In this document: piece after piece, positions 49,717 to 60,264 of the stretch
Position numbering within the stretch: position 1 is the first letter of the stretch
Layout: the number at the start of each line of letters is the position of its first letter
Origin: Alphaproteobacteria bacterium
GTDB taxonomy: Bacteria; Pseudomonadota; Alphaproteobacteria; SHVP01
Direction of reading: 5' to 3'
Length of the DNA: 64,000 bases
NCBI GenBank assembly: GCA_947473325.1
Contig: CANJEJ010000003.1
Coordinates: forward strand, 9,372-73,371
Translations under genes and position numbers: made by a program
Notes under the pieces: model-generated
Databases searched by the model: none
Told to the model about the DNA's origin: nothing
What the model saw: only the letters and a program-made list of their open reading frames with translations

Positions 49717-50121
49717 GTGTCCTTTCCCTATTCCCGGCTGCAGGGCAGACCCGCCGCCGGCACGCGACTGTGCCGGGCCGCGGACCTTGCGCCCGGCCAG
49801 GCGCATGTTGCGACCTTTCGCACCGGTGCGCTGCTGTTCGAGATGTTCGTGCTGCGGCCGCCGGCGGGCGGAGAGATTCCCGATGCGACGGGGACGGACG
49901 GCCTGGTTGCCTATGTCAATGACTGCCCGCATGCGAACACGCCACTCGACGGGCGCCCGGGGCAGTTCCTGAACGCCGACCAGACGCTGCTGCTTTGCGC
50001 CGCTCATGACGCGGAGTTCCGCATCCGCGACGGCTATTGCGTGCGCGGCCCCTGCTTCGGCGCCCATCTGATCGCCGTGCCGATCACGGTGCGCGACGGT
50101 GCGGTCTATATCGCTGGCTAA
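49717..50121 (+). CDS. Rieske 2Fe-2S ferredoxin, copy 2
   Basis: NDCPHA...CAAHDAEF...GYCVRGPC. Confidence 0.85.
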   Translation: MSFPYSRLQGRPAAGTRLCRAADLAPGQAHVATFRTGALLFEMFVLRPPAGGEIPDATGTDGLVAYVNDCPHANTPLDGRPGQFLNADQTLLLCAAHDAEFRIRDGYCVRGPCFGAHLIAVPITVRDGAVYIAG

Positions 50122-50122
50122 C

Positions 50123-50839
50123 TCACGCGGCAACGAAAGCGAGATAGGACTCGGCCACATCCTCGACCGCCGCCATCAGAAGCTTCTCACCGTCTTCTAC
50201 CGTCGCAAGCGACGGGTCGGAGGCCATGCGGCCGTCGGGGAACTTTGCGCGATAGTCGCTTGCATCGCCATAGGACTGGGCCCGGCCAGGTTCACCCAGA
50301 ACAGCAACATGAATTCTACCCGGCACCAGCGCCATCGTGACGGCGATTTCCGACGGAGTGGCGTGAAAGCCCTCGCGCGCGCCATAGAGCGTGCTTCGCA
50401 AGGCCTTGGCGCGTGGCCCCATCCACCAGTTCAGGGCCTGGCAGCGCAGGTCGGGCAATGCGGGTTCAAGCGTGGCAAATACCGTCTTCAGCGCGGCGCT
50501 GTTGCCGCCATGGCCATTCACCACGAGCACGCGGCGAAACCCATGTCGCGCCAGGGAGCGCAGCGTGTCGCCGACCGCAGCCATGAAGGTCTCGGCCGTG
50601 AGGGCGAGCGTGCCGGGAAAGGCCATGTGGTGTTCGGCTACGCCAAACGGGAGGACCGGAGCCACCAGCGTATCGACATGGTCCGCGACACGGTCTGCAA
50701 CCGCGCTGGCGGTCAGCGAGTCCGTGCCAAGGAGGCCGGTGGGACCGTGCTGTTCGGTCGAGCCGACGGGGAGCAGGATTCCGGTATGGCGGCGAAGCCG
50801 CGCCTCGACCTCGGGCCAGGTGCAATGGTCGAGGCGCAC
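50123..50839 (-). CDS. creatininase family amidohydrolase
   Basis: GSTEQHG, GTD, HHMAFPGT, NGHGGN; GTG start. Confidence 0.9.
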   Translation of the reverse strand: MRLDHCTWPEVEARLRRHTGILLPVGSTEQHGPTGLLGTDSLTASAVADRVADHVDTLVAPVLPFGVAEHHMAFPGTLALTAETFMAAVGDTLRSLARHGFRRVLVVNGHGGNSAALKTVFATLEPALPDLRCQALNWWMGPRAKALRSTLYGAREGFHATPSEIAVTMALVPGRIHVAVLGEPGRAQSYGDASDYRAKFPDGRMASDPSLATVEDGEKLLMAAVEDVAESYLAFVAA

Positions 50840-50843
50840 CCTC

Positions 50844-51341
50844 TCAGACCACGAGGAACTTGGCGCGCATTTCCTCGTCGAAATAGTTCGGGCCGACCTT
50901 GATGGCGCGCCGCTCAACGCCATAGAGCTTGAAGCCGATGCGATCGAAGAAGCGGCGAGCGCGGCCATTCGTGCTGACGACGCGCGCGTGGATGATCTCA
51001 TAATGGGCCTGGGCGCGGGCAATCACGGCATCGACGATAATCTCGGCAATCCCTGTGCCGCGGTGCTCCTCGGTCACATAGACGCCCCACAGGTGGCATT
51101 TATGCGCAAGCTTCGGATGATGATTGCCGCGCAGGCCCGCCATGCCGACAAGCTTGTCGTCGATGAAGCCGCCGACGACCATGTCGTCGCGCAGGATTTC
51201 GCGAAAATGCTCGTCGTCCCGGTCCTGCTCGCGCGCCAGCGAGGCGCCGAAGGCTTCCGGATTGTTGGCGAGGCCTTCGAGGCGCAGCGCACGAAAGATC
51301 GCGACGTCGGCCTCCGTCAGCACGCGGGCGCTTTTCTTCAT
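50844..51341 (-). CDS. GNAT family N-acetyltransferase
   Basis: LWGVYV..HRGTGIA, FFDRIGF. Confidence 0.88.
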   Translation of the reverse strand: MKKSARVLTEADVAIFRALRLEGLANNPEAFGASLAREQDRDDEHFREILRDDMVVGGFIDDKLVGMAGLRGNHHPKLAHKCHLWGVYVTEEHRGTGIAEIIVDAVIARAQAHYEIIHARVVSTNGRARRFFDRIGFKLYGVERRAIKVGPNYFDEEMRAKFLVV

Positions 51342-51481
51342 TTTCCTTCCCCCTGATCCGGCCGGGATTGTGACCGCAGCCCCTGTCGGTAGCAATGATT
51401 CCCTGCGACGCTGGACTGCCTTCCCCGAAGCTTCAATAATCGCCGTCACACCGCCTGACCAGACCCGCACCGGGGAAGAAG

Positions 51482-53416
51482 ATGCAGCAATCCTCCACCT
51501 ATCCCGTTCCCACCGCCTGGGCGAAGAAGGCCTGGGTCGACCAGGCCGGTTACGAGGAATTGTACAAGCGATCGATCGCCGACCCGGAAGGCTTCTGGGC
51601 CGAACAGGCGAAGCGCATCGACTGGATCAAGCCCTGGACGCGGGTGAAGAACACGACCTTCTCAGGCGATGTCTCGATCCGCTGGTATGAGGGTGGGCAG
51701 CTCAACGTCAGCGCCAACTGCCTCGACCGCCACCTGCCCACACGCGGCAATCAGGTTGCGATCATCTGGGAAGGGGATGACCCCAACACATCCCGCAGCA
51801 TCACCTATGCCGAGGCACATGCCGAAACCTGCCGCATGGCCAATGTGCTGAAGGCACACGGCGTCAGGAAGGGCGACCGCGTCACCATCTACATGCCGAT
51901 GATCCCCGAAGCGGCTTATGCGATGCTGGCCTGCGCCCGCATCGGTGCCGTGCATTCGGTGGTGTTCGGCGGCTTCTCGCCCGAGGCGCTGGCCGGCCGC
52001 ATCCTGGATTGCGATTCGCAATTCGTCATCACCGCCGACGAAGGCCTGCGCGGCGGCAAGCCCGTGCCGCTGAAACGCAACACCGACGAGGCGCTGACCA
52101 AGTGCCCCGGCGTGAAAAAGGTTCTGGTCATCGAGCGCACCCGCGCCGGCGTGCCGATGCAGGCGGGGCGCGACCTGCGCTACGGCGATGAACGCGCCAA
52201 GGTGAGCGCGCAATGCGCGCCGGAACCGATGGATGCGGAAGCACCGCTGTTCATCCTCTACACGTCCGGTTCGACCGGGAAGCCGAAGGGCGTGCTGCAC
52301 ACCAGCGGCGGCTACATCGTATACACCTCGATGACGCACCAATATGTGTTCGACTACCACGAAGGCGACATCTACTGGTGCACGGCGGATGTGGGCTGGG
52401 TGACGGGCCACAGTTATATCGTCTATGGCCCGCTCGCCAACGGCGCGACCACGCTGATGTTCGAAGGCGTTCCGAACTACCCCGATTCGTCACGAGTCTG
52501 GCAGGTCTGCGACAAGCACAAGGTCAACATCTTCTACACCGCACCCACGGCCATCCGCGCGCTGATGCGCGAAGGCGACGGGCCGGTGAAGAAAGCAAGA
52601 CGCGACACGCTGCGCCTGCTGGGTTCCGTCGGCGAGCCGATCAATCCGGAAGCCTGGGAGTGGTATCACAAGGTCGTCGGCGAAGGCCGCTGCCCCATCG
52701 TCGACACCTGGTGGCAGACGGAAACCGGCGGCATCCTGATCACGCCGCTGCCCGGCGCGACGCCGCTCAAGCCCGGCTCAGCGACGAAACCTTTCTTCGG
52801 TATCAAGCCGGCACTGGTCGATAACGAGGGCAAGCTGCTGGAAGGCGCGACCAGCGGCAACCTGTGCATCATCGATTCCTGGCCGGGCCAGATGCGCACG
52901 GTCTATGGCGACCACAAGCGCTTCATCGAGACCTATTTCAGCCAGTTCCCCGGCAAGTATTTTACCGGCGACGGCTGCCGCCGGGACGAGGACGGCTATT
53001 ACTGGATCACCGGCCGCGTCGACGACGTAATCAATGTGGCCGGTCATCGCCTGGGCACGGCCGAGGTGGAAAGCGCGCTGGTCGCGCATCAGTTCGTGGC
53101 CGAGGCGGCCGTGGTCGGTTTCCCGCACGACATCAAGGGTCAGGGCATCTATGCCTATGTCACCCTGAATATCGGGACGTCGCCCAGCGAAGATCTGCGC
53201 AAGGAATTGCTGCTATGGGTGCGCAAGGAGATCAGCCCGATTGCCACGCCTGACGTGATCCAATGGGCGCCCGGACTGCCCAAGACGCGGTCGGGCAAGA
53301 TCATGCGCCGCATCCTGCGCAAGATCGCCGAGAACGATTTTGGCAATCTGGGTGATACCTCGACGCTCGCCGATCCTGCCGTGGTCGATGACTTGGTGAA
53401 GAATCGCGCCAAGTGA
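51482..53416 (+). CDS. acs: acetyl-CoA synthetase
   Basis: [32 protein letters not shown]. Confidence 0.97.
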   Translation: MQQSSTYPVPTAWAKKAWVDQAGYEELYKRSIADPEGFWAEQAKRIDWIKPWTRVKNTTFSGDVSIRWYEGGQLNVSANCLDRHLPTRGNQVAIIWEGDDPNTSRSITYAEAHAETCRMANVLKAHGVRKGDRVTIYMPMIPEAAYAMLACARIGAVHSVVFGGFSPEALAGRILDCDSQFVITADEGLRGGKPVPLKRNTDEALTKCPGVKKVLVIERTRAGVPMQAGRDLRYGDERAKVSAQCAPEPMDAEAPLFILYTSGSTGKPKGVLHTSGGYIVYTSMTHQYVFDYHEGDIYWCTADVGWVTGHSYIVYGPLANGATTLMFEGVPNYPDSSRVWQVCDKHKVNIFYTAPTAIRALMREGDGPVKKARRDTLRLLGSVGEPINPEAWEWYHKVVGEGRCPIVDTWWQTETGGILITPLPGATPLKPGSATKPFFGIKPALVDNEGKLLEGATSGNLCIIDSWPGQMRTVYGDHKRFIETYFSQFPGKYFTGDGCRRDEDGYYWITGRVDDVINVAGHRLGTAEVESALVAHQFVAEAAVVGFPHDIKGQGIYAYVTLNIGTSPSEDLRKELLLWVRKEISPIATPDVIQWAPGLPKTRSGKIMRRILRKIAENDFGNLGDTSTLADPAVVDDLVKNRAK

Positions 53417-53417
53417 G

Positions 53418-53855
53418 CTAGCGCGCGTTGCACCACGGTGCCCGGCGACCACCGTCATAGGGCCGCGCCAGGCCGGCAGCGATGAGGTGATCGGCGAGCG
53501 ACACGCCCTGGGCGTCGCGCACCTCGGCCCGCACGCGGCCGCCATACTTGTCCGTCTGCACGTCGTAGAGCGTGACGGCGGCGTCACTCGCTTCGCGGCG
53601 CAAGAGCGCGCGGGCTTCCTGGGCAAGCTGCTGTTCGCGGACGCAGGCGCCGCGTAACTCCGGCGTGTCGATACCAGCAAGGCGAACCGCCACCTTCACC
53701 TGTTGACCAAGCCAGATCTGGGCGGTCACCTCGACCGTGTCGCCATCCACCACGCGCAGCACCGAGGCCGGAATGGGCCCGGGCAGGCGTTCGGCGGCTG
53801 ACGCGGCCGGAATCAAGGCCGCAACAAGAGCGATAAGGAGAAGCGTACGAAACAT
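53418..53855 (-). CDS. secreted thermonuclease (SNase-like) family protein
   Basis: Signal peptide, VVDGDT, RLAGIDTPE, DKYGGRV. Confidence 0.9.
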   Translation of the reverse strand: MFRTLLLIALVAALIPAASAAERLPGPIPASVLRVVDGDTVEVTAQIWLGQQVKVAVRLAGIDTPELRGACVREQQLAQEARALLRREASDAAVTLYDVQTDKYGGRVRAEVRDAQGVSLADHLIAAGLARPYDGGRRAPWCNAR

Positions 53856-53907
53856 GGGATCATTGTCCCATGAAGGCCATCGTCTGGCAAGAACTTCGTC
53901 CTAGAAA

Positions 53908-54075
53908 TCAGAAATCGACTGCGATGCCCTTTCTTTCCCAATCGCCGTAGCGCGTGGGCTCCGGGCCCTTGCGCCCACCCACTTCGGGGGCCGGACTGGC
54001 TTCGGGTACCGGCGCCGGAATGGCCGGATCAGGCTTGGTGACGGCGGGCGTGTCGGTTTTTTCGGGCTTGGACAT
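53908..54075 (-). CDS. DUF1674 / SdhAF4-like small protein (55 aa; absent from ORF track)
   Basis: Hand translation MSKPEK...EVGGRKGPEPTRYGDWERKGIAVDF* matches the family C-terminal signature. Confidence 0.9.
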   Translation of the reverse strand: MSKPEKTDTPAVTKPDPAIPAPVPEASPAPEVGGRKGPEPTRYGDWERKGIAVDF

Positions 54076-54188
54076 GGTCGCTCGGCTTCAGGCAATTCGC
54101 TTGGGGCGGGTGTCCCCTTTATACTGGGGACGAACTCGTCAAAACCCAAGAGGTTCAGCCCGTCTGCGCAAGCGGCGGCGTTTCTCCC

Positions 54189-54944
54189 ATGAGCCAATCC
54201 CGCCTGATCGCCGGCCTTGCACTGGCCGCCGCAACACTGCTGAGCCTGGGCTGGGCCACGGTCGCCCTGCCCGGCGCGCTGCTCGCCACCGCTGTGATGA
54301 TGCTGGCCGTCTTCGCCTGCGCGGCTTTCGGCCGTCAGGTGACGGCGGCGCGTTTCGCCGGACCATCAGCGAACCTGTCGTCCGCACCCATGCTCGTCCG
54401 CGCCGCCACGGAACTTGCGCACCAGGCTGGCTTGCCGACACCGCGCCTGTATGTCACCGACAGCGAGCAGATGAATGCCTGCACCCTGACGGATGCCGAC
54501 GGCGCGCGTATCGCCGTCAGCACCGCCCTGTTGCGCCGCCTGCGCCCGGAGGAACTTGCCGCCGTACTCGCCCATGAACTCGCCCATGTCCGCGGCAAGG
54601 ATTCGCGCCGGCTGGGCACCAGCGCGGTGCTGCTGGGCATCGCAAGTCTGGCATTGAGCCTCGCGGCGCTTTCGCTGCTGGCACGCAACGACAGCTTCGT
54701 ATCGACCCTGTTTCTGCTGCTGCCTATTTTCCTCGCCGCCGCCTGGACACAGATGGCGCTGTGCCGGGCACGCGAATATCGCGCCGATGCCGTTGCCGCC
54801 GCCTTGTGCGGCCATCCGCAATGGATCGCCGCCGCACTCGACCGCGTACCGGATGGCGACGACGATCGCGCCGGTTTCAGCAGCCACCCACCCGTGCGGG
54901 ATCGCATTACCCGACTGCATGCCATGGCGGGCCCATGGCTCTGA
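54189..54944 (+). CDS. M48 zinc metalloprotease, divergent HtpX-like
   Basis: AVLAHELAHV, REYRADA, FSSHPP..RI; occupies the usual htpX position. Confidence 0.8.
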   Translation: MSQSRLIAGLALAAATLLSLGWATVALPGALLATAVMMLAVFACAAFGRQVTAARFAGPSANLSSAPMLVRAATELAHQAGLPTPRLYVTDSEQMNACTLTDADGARIAVSTALLRRLRPEELAAVLAHELAHVRGKDSRRLGTSAVLLGIASLALSLAALSLLARNDSFVSTLFLLLPIFLAAAWTQMALCRAREYRADAVAAALCGHPQWIAAALDRVPDGDDDRAGFSSHPPVRDRITRLHAMAGPWL

Positions 54945-56272
54945 ACACCCGGCACAATTCCCGGCGCGCGGCCGCCCCCGTCGGCGCCCGTGCCGCCGCG
55001 CTGGAAGCCCTTTGCCAGATCGAGCGGGGTGTGGCGCCAGCCGACGCACTGGCCCCGCACACCGCCTCGCTCGACGGACGCGACCAGGGCTTCGCGCATC
55101 TTCTCGTGCTGACAACCCTGCGCCGACGCGGCCAGATCGATTCGTTGCTGAAAACCTGCCTGGCGCACCCCTTGCCGCGCGCCGCTGCGCGCATCCGCGA
55201 CCTGCTGCGCCTGGGTGTGGCGCAAATCCTGTTCCTTGAGACGCCGGCGCACGCTGCTGTGGATACCGCCGTCGACCTGGCGACTGCGGAACCGGGCCGC
55301 TTCGCGCCTTTGGTGAATGCCGTGCTGCGCCGCGTGGTGCGTGAACGCGCCGCGTTGACCGTTTTCGCCAATGATCCGGTCGCCAACGTGCCACGCTGGC
55401 TGTGGCAGTCCTGGGTCGCGGCCTATGGCGAGACGACCGCCCGCGCCATTGCCACCGCCCATGCCAACGAACCACCGCTCGACCTCAGCCTGAAGGACGA
55501 AGCCAGCCGTGATGTCTGGCTAGCGGCGCTGAATGCCGAAGCGATGCCCGGCGGCTCTCTCCGCCTGCGCAATGCGGGCCGTATCGAAGCGTTGCCCGGC
55601 TTCGCCGATGGCGCCTGGTGGGTGCAGGACATGGCCGCCGCGCTTCCAGTGCGCCTGCTGCTGGATGGCCTGGCGCAACAAGGGCGCGGCGAGCATGCCG
55701 CCGTGGTCGATCTGTGTGCCGCGCCGGGCGGCAAGACCGCGCAGCTGGCAGCCGCCGGGCACAGCGTGACCGCGGTCGACAAAGCATCAGACCGGCTCAC
55801 CACCGTGCGCGAGAATCTCGAACGGCTGAAATTGTCCGCCGCTTGCGTCGCCGCGGATGGCCGTCAGTGGAAGCCGGCGGCTCCCGTGGATGGCGTGCTG
55901 CTTGATGCCCCCTGTTCGGCCACCGGCACAATCCGGCGCCATCCGGACATCGCCTGGACGAAATCGGCCGCGCAACTACCCAGCCTGTGCGACCTGCAGG
56001 CCAGCCTTCTCGACGCGGCGGCGGACTATGTCGCGCCCGGCGGCGTGCTGGTCTATGCCGTGTGCTCGCTGCAGGCGGAAGAGGGTGAGCAACAGGCCGG
56101 CGCCTTCCTGCAGCGAATGGGGGGCCGCTTCCAAAGGATGCCGGCATCCGCAGCCGTCGTGGGAGGTCTGCCCTGCATTGATCCGCGCGGCGACCTGCGC
56201 ACCCTGCCCTGTGATCTGGCCGAACAAGGCGGCATGGATGGGTTCTTTGCCGCGCGCTTCGTGCGGAGCTAG
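54935..56272 (+). CDS. rsmB: RsmB/Sun family RNA m5C methyltransferase
   Basis: NusB-like N-terminus, WWVQD, DLCAAPGGKT, DAPCSATGTIRRHPD. Confidence 0.9.
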   Translation: MALNTRHNSRRAAAPVGARAAALEALCQIERGVAPADALAPHTASLDGRDQGFAHLLVLTTLRRRGQIDSLLKTCLAHPLPRAAARIRDLLRLGVAQILFLETPAHAAVDTAVDLATAEPGRFAPLVNAVLRRVVRERAALTVFANDPVANVPRWLWQSWVAAYGETTARAIATAHANEPPLDLSLKDEASRDVWLAALNAEAMPGGSLRLRNAGRIEALPGFADGAWWVQDMAAALPVRLLLDGLAQQGRGEHAAVVDLCAAPGGKTAQLAAAGHSVTAVDKASDRLTTVRENLERLKLSAACVAADGRQWKPAAPVDGVLLDAPCSATGTIRRHPDIAWTKSAAQLPSLCDLQASLLDAAADYVAPGGVLVYAVCSLQAEEGEQQAGAFLQRMGGRFQRMPASAAVVGGLPCIDPRGDLRTLPCDLAEQGGMDGFFAARFVRS

Positions 56273-56325
56273 CGCAATATCTCCCGCACCTTGCGGGCGA
56301 TTCGCGTCTTTGTTAGGAAAGATCG

Positions 56326-56991
56326 ATGCAACAGGCCGTCCGGATTGCGCCGTCGATCCTCGCCGCCGATTTTTCTCGCCTCGGCGAGGAAATTCGCGCC
56401 GTGGAGGCCGGCGGTGCCGACTACATCCATATCGATGTGATGGACGGCCATTTCGTGCCGAACCTGACCATCGGCGCCGGCGTGGTAAAAGCCCTGCGCC
56501 CGCATACCGCGCTGCCGTTCGACGTGCATCTGATGATCTCGCCGGTCGATGCCTTTGTTGCTGGCTTCGCCGAAGCCGGGGCGAACATCATCACCGTGCA
56601 TCCTGAAGCCGGGCCGCATGTCCATCGCACGGTGCAACTCATCCGTTCGCTGGGCTGCAAGCCGGGGCTCGCCCTCAATCCCGGCACGCCGGCAGAAGTG
56701 GTCGACAACCTGATCGACAGCATCGACCTCATCCTGGTCATGAGCGTCAATCCGGGCTTTGGCGGCCAAAGCTTCATCGACAGCCAGCTCGCCAAGATCG
56801 GCGCCATTCGCCGGAAGATCGATGCCAGCGGCCGCGCCATCGACCTGGAAGTCGACGGCGGTATCACGACGAAAACTGCACCCAGCGTGATTGCCGCCGG
56901 CGCCGACGTCCTGGTCGCCGGCACCGCCACCTTTACCGGGGGTGCGGCGCAATACGGCCGGAACATCGCCGCACTGCGGTCTGGCCGGTGA
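56326..56991 (+). CDS. rpe: ribulose-phosphate 3-epimerase
   Basis: IAPSILAADF, HIDVMDGHFVPN, MSVNPGFGGQ, EVDGG. Confidence 0.97.
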   Translation: MQQAVRIAPSILAADFSRLGEEIRAVEAGGADYIHIDVMDGHFVPNLTIGAGVVKALRPHTALPFDVHLMISPVDAFVAGFAEAGANIITVHPEAGPHVHRTVQLIRSLGCKPGLALNPGTPAEVVDNLIDSIDLILVMSVNPGFGGQSFIDSQLAKIGAIRRKIDASGRAIDLEVDGGITTKTAPSVIAAGADVLVAGTATFTGGAAQYGRNIAALRSGR

Positions 56992-58658
56992 CATCACCCA
57001 CCCCGCCCCCGGCGGGATCGCCGCCCGCCATTTTTTCACGCCAGCCAAAGGGACTGGCGGAGCGATTCTATGCCACCGGGCTCTATCGCCTGTGGCTCGA
57101 CCGGGGCCGGCCGCGCACCCCCGTCGCCACCCCGCGCGACCCGATTCTGGGTGAGGCCGAGCGGGCCAACGCCTTTTTCCAGGGCCATTTCGATCTGGCT
57201 GGCCAGCGCGTGCAGTCCACCAACCGGGCCCCTTGGGACGTACCGCCGCCCAGTGCCGATTTTGCCGTCGCGCTGCATGGCTTTGTCTGGCTCCGCGACT
57301 TTCGTGCCGCCGCGACCAGCCTGACGGCGCGCAAGACGGCGCGTGACCTGATCCGCAACTGGGCCTTGCGCCATCGCAACTGGGATCCCTTTACCTGGCG
57401 CATCGACATCCTGAGCCGCCGGATCTGGGCCTGGCTGTGCAGCGCCGAGTTTCTGCTGACCGATGCCGATCCGCTCTTCCGGCAAGAATTTCTCGCCAGC
57501 CTGCACCGCCAGTCGCGCCATCTCGCGGCGACGGCACGGCGCGCGCCGGCGGGCCTGCAACGCCTGGAAGCGATGGCGGCGCTGCTGATCGTTGCCGTGT
57601 TCCTGTCTGGACGACGACGCGGCATCCAGCGCGCGCGCGAGGCGTTGCTCGCCGAGATTGAGGCACAAATTCTCCCCGACGGGGGCCATGTCAGCCGCAA
57701 TCCCTTGTCGATGGTGCGGGCCTTCGAAGTGCTCGTTTGCCTGCGCGCGGCGCTCGCCGTTCACCGCGTGGATATTCCCGGCGCGCTGGTCGGCGCCATC
57801 GACCGCATCGCCCCCACGCTGCGGATGCTGCGCCATGGCGACGGCGGCTTCGCGGTGTTTCATGGCGGGCACGAAGGCAACAAAGGCGACGTTGAAACGC
57901 TGCTGCGTCTGAGCGATGCCGAAAGCAAGCCATCGAACAGCGCGCCCTATGCCGGCTACGAGCGCCTGACAGCAGGGCGCAGCCTTGTCATCCTCGACAG
58001 CGGACCGCAGGACGCGCGGGCGCGTTCGACCTACGCCGGGCCATTGGCGCTCGAGTTGTCGGTCGGACGCGACCGCGTCGTCGTCAATTGCGGCCCCTGG
58101 CCGGGCGAGGATGAGAACTGGCACAAGGCCAGCCGCGCCACTGCCGCACATTCCACGCTGGTGATCGACGACCGTAGCGCCGCTACGACGCCGCCGCGCG
58201 GCGGAAGCACCGAAGCTGCGTTGCGCGGGGTCGCCACCGATAGCCACTGGGTGGAGGCGCGCAGCGACGGCTACGTCAACCGGTTCGGCGTCGCGCATCG
58301 GCGCCGCCTGCATCTGGCGCGCGATGGCTATGAGCTGGTAGGCGAGGACACGCTGGATGCGGCGAAGCCGGAGGGGCAGTTGCCGATGGCGCAGAATGTC
58401 GTGCTGCGCTTCCACCTGCATCCGCTGGTAAAAGCGTCACCGATCCGCAACGGCGATGAAATCCTGCTCGCGCTTCCATCGGGCGCGGGCTGGTCCTTCG
58501 CGGCGCTGGGCGGCCAGCCGCAGCTCGAGGACAGCATCTACATAGGCCATGGCCATGAAGCGCGGCGCAGCCAGCAGATCGTGGTGACCGTGCCGCTGGA
58601 CAAGGGCACCGGCCGCACGACCTGGCGTTTCGCCCGGATCGAAGACAGCCGGAACTGA
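56988..58658 (+). CDS. heparinase II/III family protein
   Basis: QILPDGGHVSRNP, RHGDG, ATAAHSTL, LRFHLHP; usual position after rpe. Confidence 0.85.
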   Translation: MTSPTPPPAGSPPAIFSRQPKGLAERFYATGLYRLWLDRGRPRTPVATPRDPILGEAERANAFFQGHFDLAGQRVQSTNRAPWDVPPPSADFAVALHGFVWLRDFRAAATSLTARKTARDLIRNWALRHRNWDPFTWRIDILSRRIWAWLCSAEFLLTDADPLFRQEFLASLHRQSRHLAATARRAPAGLQRLEAMAALLIVAVFLSGRRRGIQRAREALLAEIEAQILPDGGHVSRNPLSMVRAFEVLVCLRAALAVHRVDIPGALVGAIDRIAPTLRMLRHGDGGFAVFHGGHEGNKGDVETLLRLSDAESKPSNSAPYAGYERLTAGRSLVILDSGPQDARARSTYAGPLALELSVGRDRVVVNCGPWPGEDENWHKASRATAAHSTLVIDDRSAATTPPRGGSTEAALRGVATDSHWVEARSDGYVNRFGVAHRRRLHLARDGYELVGEDTLDAAKPEGQLPMAQNVVLRFHLHPLVKASPIRNGDEILLALPSGAGWSFAALGGQPQLEDSIYIGHGHEARRSQQIVVTVPLDKGTGRTTWRFARIEDSRN

Positions 58659-58676
58659 CCGGTTTTACTGGCTTGC

Positions 58677-59951
58677 CTAGAGGTCCCAGCGGCGCAGGCC
58701 GCCCGGGAAGCTCTGGCCGCGCCAGATGCCCTTGATATCGGCGACAACGCCATTCGGCGCCAGCAACTGCGCAAGATCCGCGCCGCTCAGCTTCTTGTAG
58801 TCGTCATGCGCCACAGCGCCGACGACCGCCGCATAGGAGCCGCCCGTCGGCAGCTTCGACATCAGCGTCACGCCGTAATGCGCAACTGCCTCGTCGGGAT
58901 CGGCGATGGGGTCGTGCACATCGACTTCGTAGCCGTGCTTGCGGAAACCCTCGATCACGTCGACGACCTTGGTGTTGCGCAGGTCAGGGACGTTTTCCTT
59001 GAAGGTGAGGCCGAGCATCAGCACGCGGCCCTTCACCGTGCCCATCGCGCCGACGATCTCGTCGGCGATATAGCCGCCCATGCCGTCGTTGATGCGCCGG
59101 CCCGCGAGGATGACGTCGGGATGGTGGCCGATTTCGAGCGACTTTGCCGCAAGGTAGTAGGGATCGACACCGATGCAATGGCCGCCGACGAGGCCGGGGC
59201 GGAAGTCGAGGAAGTTCCACTTCGTCTTTGCCGCATCGAGCACGTCGTAGACCGACATGCCGAGCTTGTGGAAGATCATCGTCACTTCGTTGATGAAGGC
59301 GATGTTGATGTCGCGCTGCGCGTTCTCGATCACCTTCGCCGCTTCGGCCGTCTTGATGTCACGCGCGCGGAATACGCCACCGCTTGTCACCGAGCCATAA
59401 ATCTGGGCCAGGAGCTCCGTCACAGCGGGCGTCTGGCCGGCAATGACCTTGGTGATGCGATCGACCGTGTGCTCGCGGTCGCCCGGATTGATGCGCTCCG
59501 GCGAGTAGCCGAGGAAGAAATCGACGCCGCATTTCAGGCCCGACGCGGCTTCCAGATCGGGACCGCAGATGTCCTCGGTCACGCCGGGATAGACCGTGCT
59601 TTCAAAGACGACAACGGCGCCCTTGCCAAGCTGTTTGCCGACGCTGCGGCAGGCAGAGCGCACCGGGGTGAGATCGGGCTGATTTTTTTCGTCCACCGGT
59701 GTCGGAACGGTGACGATAAACACGTCCGTCCCCTTCATGTCGTCCGGCGTGCTCGACACCTTCAATGTCGAGGCCATGAGCTTTTCGGGCTCGACCTCGC
59801 CGGTGCTATCCTTGCCTGCGCGCAGTTCGGCAATGCGCGGCGCGCTGATGTCGAAGCCGAGGACCGCGTATTTGCGGGCCAGAGCCACCGCGAGCGGCAG
59901 GCCTACATAGCCAAGGCCGATAATCGAAATGCGGGGATTTTCTGGGAACAT
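58677..59951 (-). CDS. nucleotide-sugar (UDP-HexNAc) 6-dehydrogenase, WbpO/TviB-like
   Basis: GLGYVGLPLA, ESTVYPG, SPERINPG, GGHCIGVDPYYL, GLTFKEN. Confidence 0.92.
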   Translation of the reverse strand: MFPENPRISIIGLGYVGLPLAVALARKYAVLGFDISAPRIAELRAGKDSTGEVEPEKLMASTLKVSSTPDDMKGTDVFIVTVPTPVDEKNQPDLTPVRSACRSVGKQLGKGAVVVFESTVYPGVTEDICGPDLEAASGLKCGVDFFLGYSPERINPGDREHTVDRITKVIAGQTPAVTELLAQIYGSVTSGGVFRARDIKTAEAAKVIENAQRDINIAFINEVTMIFHKLGMSVYDVLDAAKTKWNFLDFRPGLVGGHCIGVDPYYLAAKSLEIGHHPDVILAGRRINDGMGGYIADEIVGAMGTVKGRVLMLGLTFKENVPDLRNTKVVDVIEGFRKHGYEVDVHDPIADPDEAVAHYGVTLMSKLPTGGSYAAVVGAVAHDDYKKLSGADLAQLLAPNGVVADIKGIWRGQSFPGGLRRWDL

Positions 59952-60252
59952 GTGCGGGGCGCCGTGTTTGAAGAGCGCCTGCACTAGCGGTGCGGCGCAT
60001 TTCTTGTCAATGGGCACCCGCGACGAGCGCCGGTTCGGAACCTGCCGCCGCGGGAGGAGGTTGGTCCCTGAGGGATGATCGCGGCACCAACACGCCGCGA
60101 CTATGGCGGGTTTGTGGCCGATGAAAAGAAACCGGATGCGCCTTGTCTTTCCCCCTTGTCGCACCACCTGCTGGACGGTCGCGGCCACCTTTCGTCCGCA
60201 GGTCTTCTGTGCCAATATCGTCGCACCGTCAGGCTGGTGTCTCCACCGGGTG

Positions 60253-60264
60253 GGCGGTAGCATG
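60253..60264 (+). promoter_or_regulatory. candidate ops (RfaH recruitment) element
   Basis: GGCGGTAGCATG matches GGCGGTAGnnTG on the non-template strand 62 nt before the first polysaccharide gene. Confidence 0.55.

Noticed and set aside
48863..53855. EVE plus thermonuclease as a modification-dependent defence system
   Set aside because: EVE is stand-alone in its usual housekeeping operon; the nuclease is secreted, about 4 kb away and on the opposite strand
54095..54125. RpoH promoter upstream of the htpX-like gene
   Set aside because: Spacing between CTTG and the CCCCTTTAT element is too short for the consensus
53901..54197. 98-aa minus ORF from the track
   Set aside because: Wrong frame; the conserved DUF1674 peptide is encoded at 53908-54075
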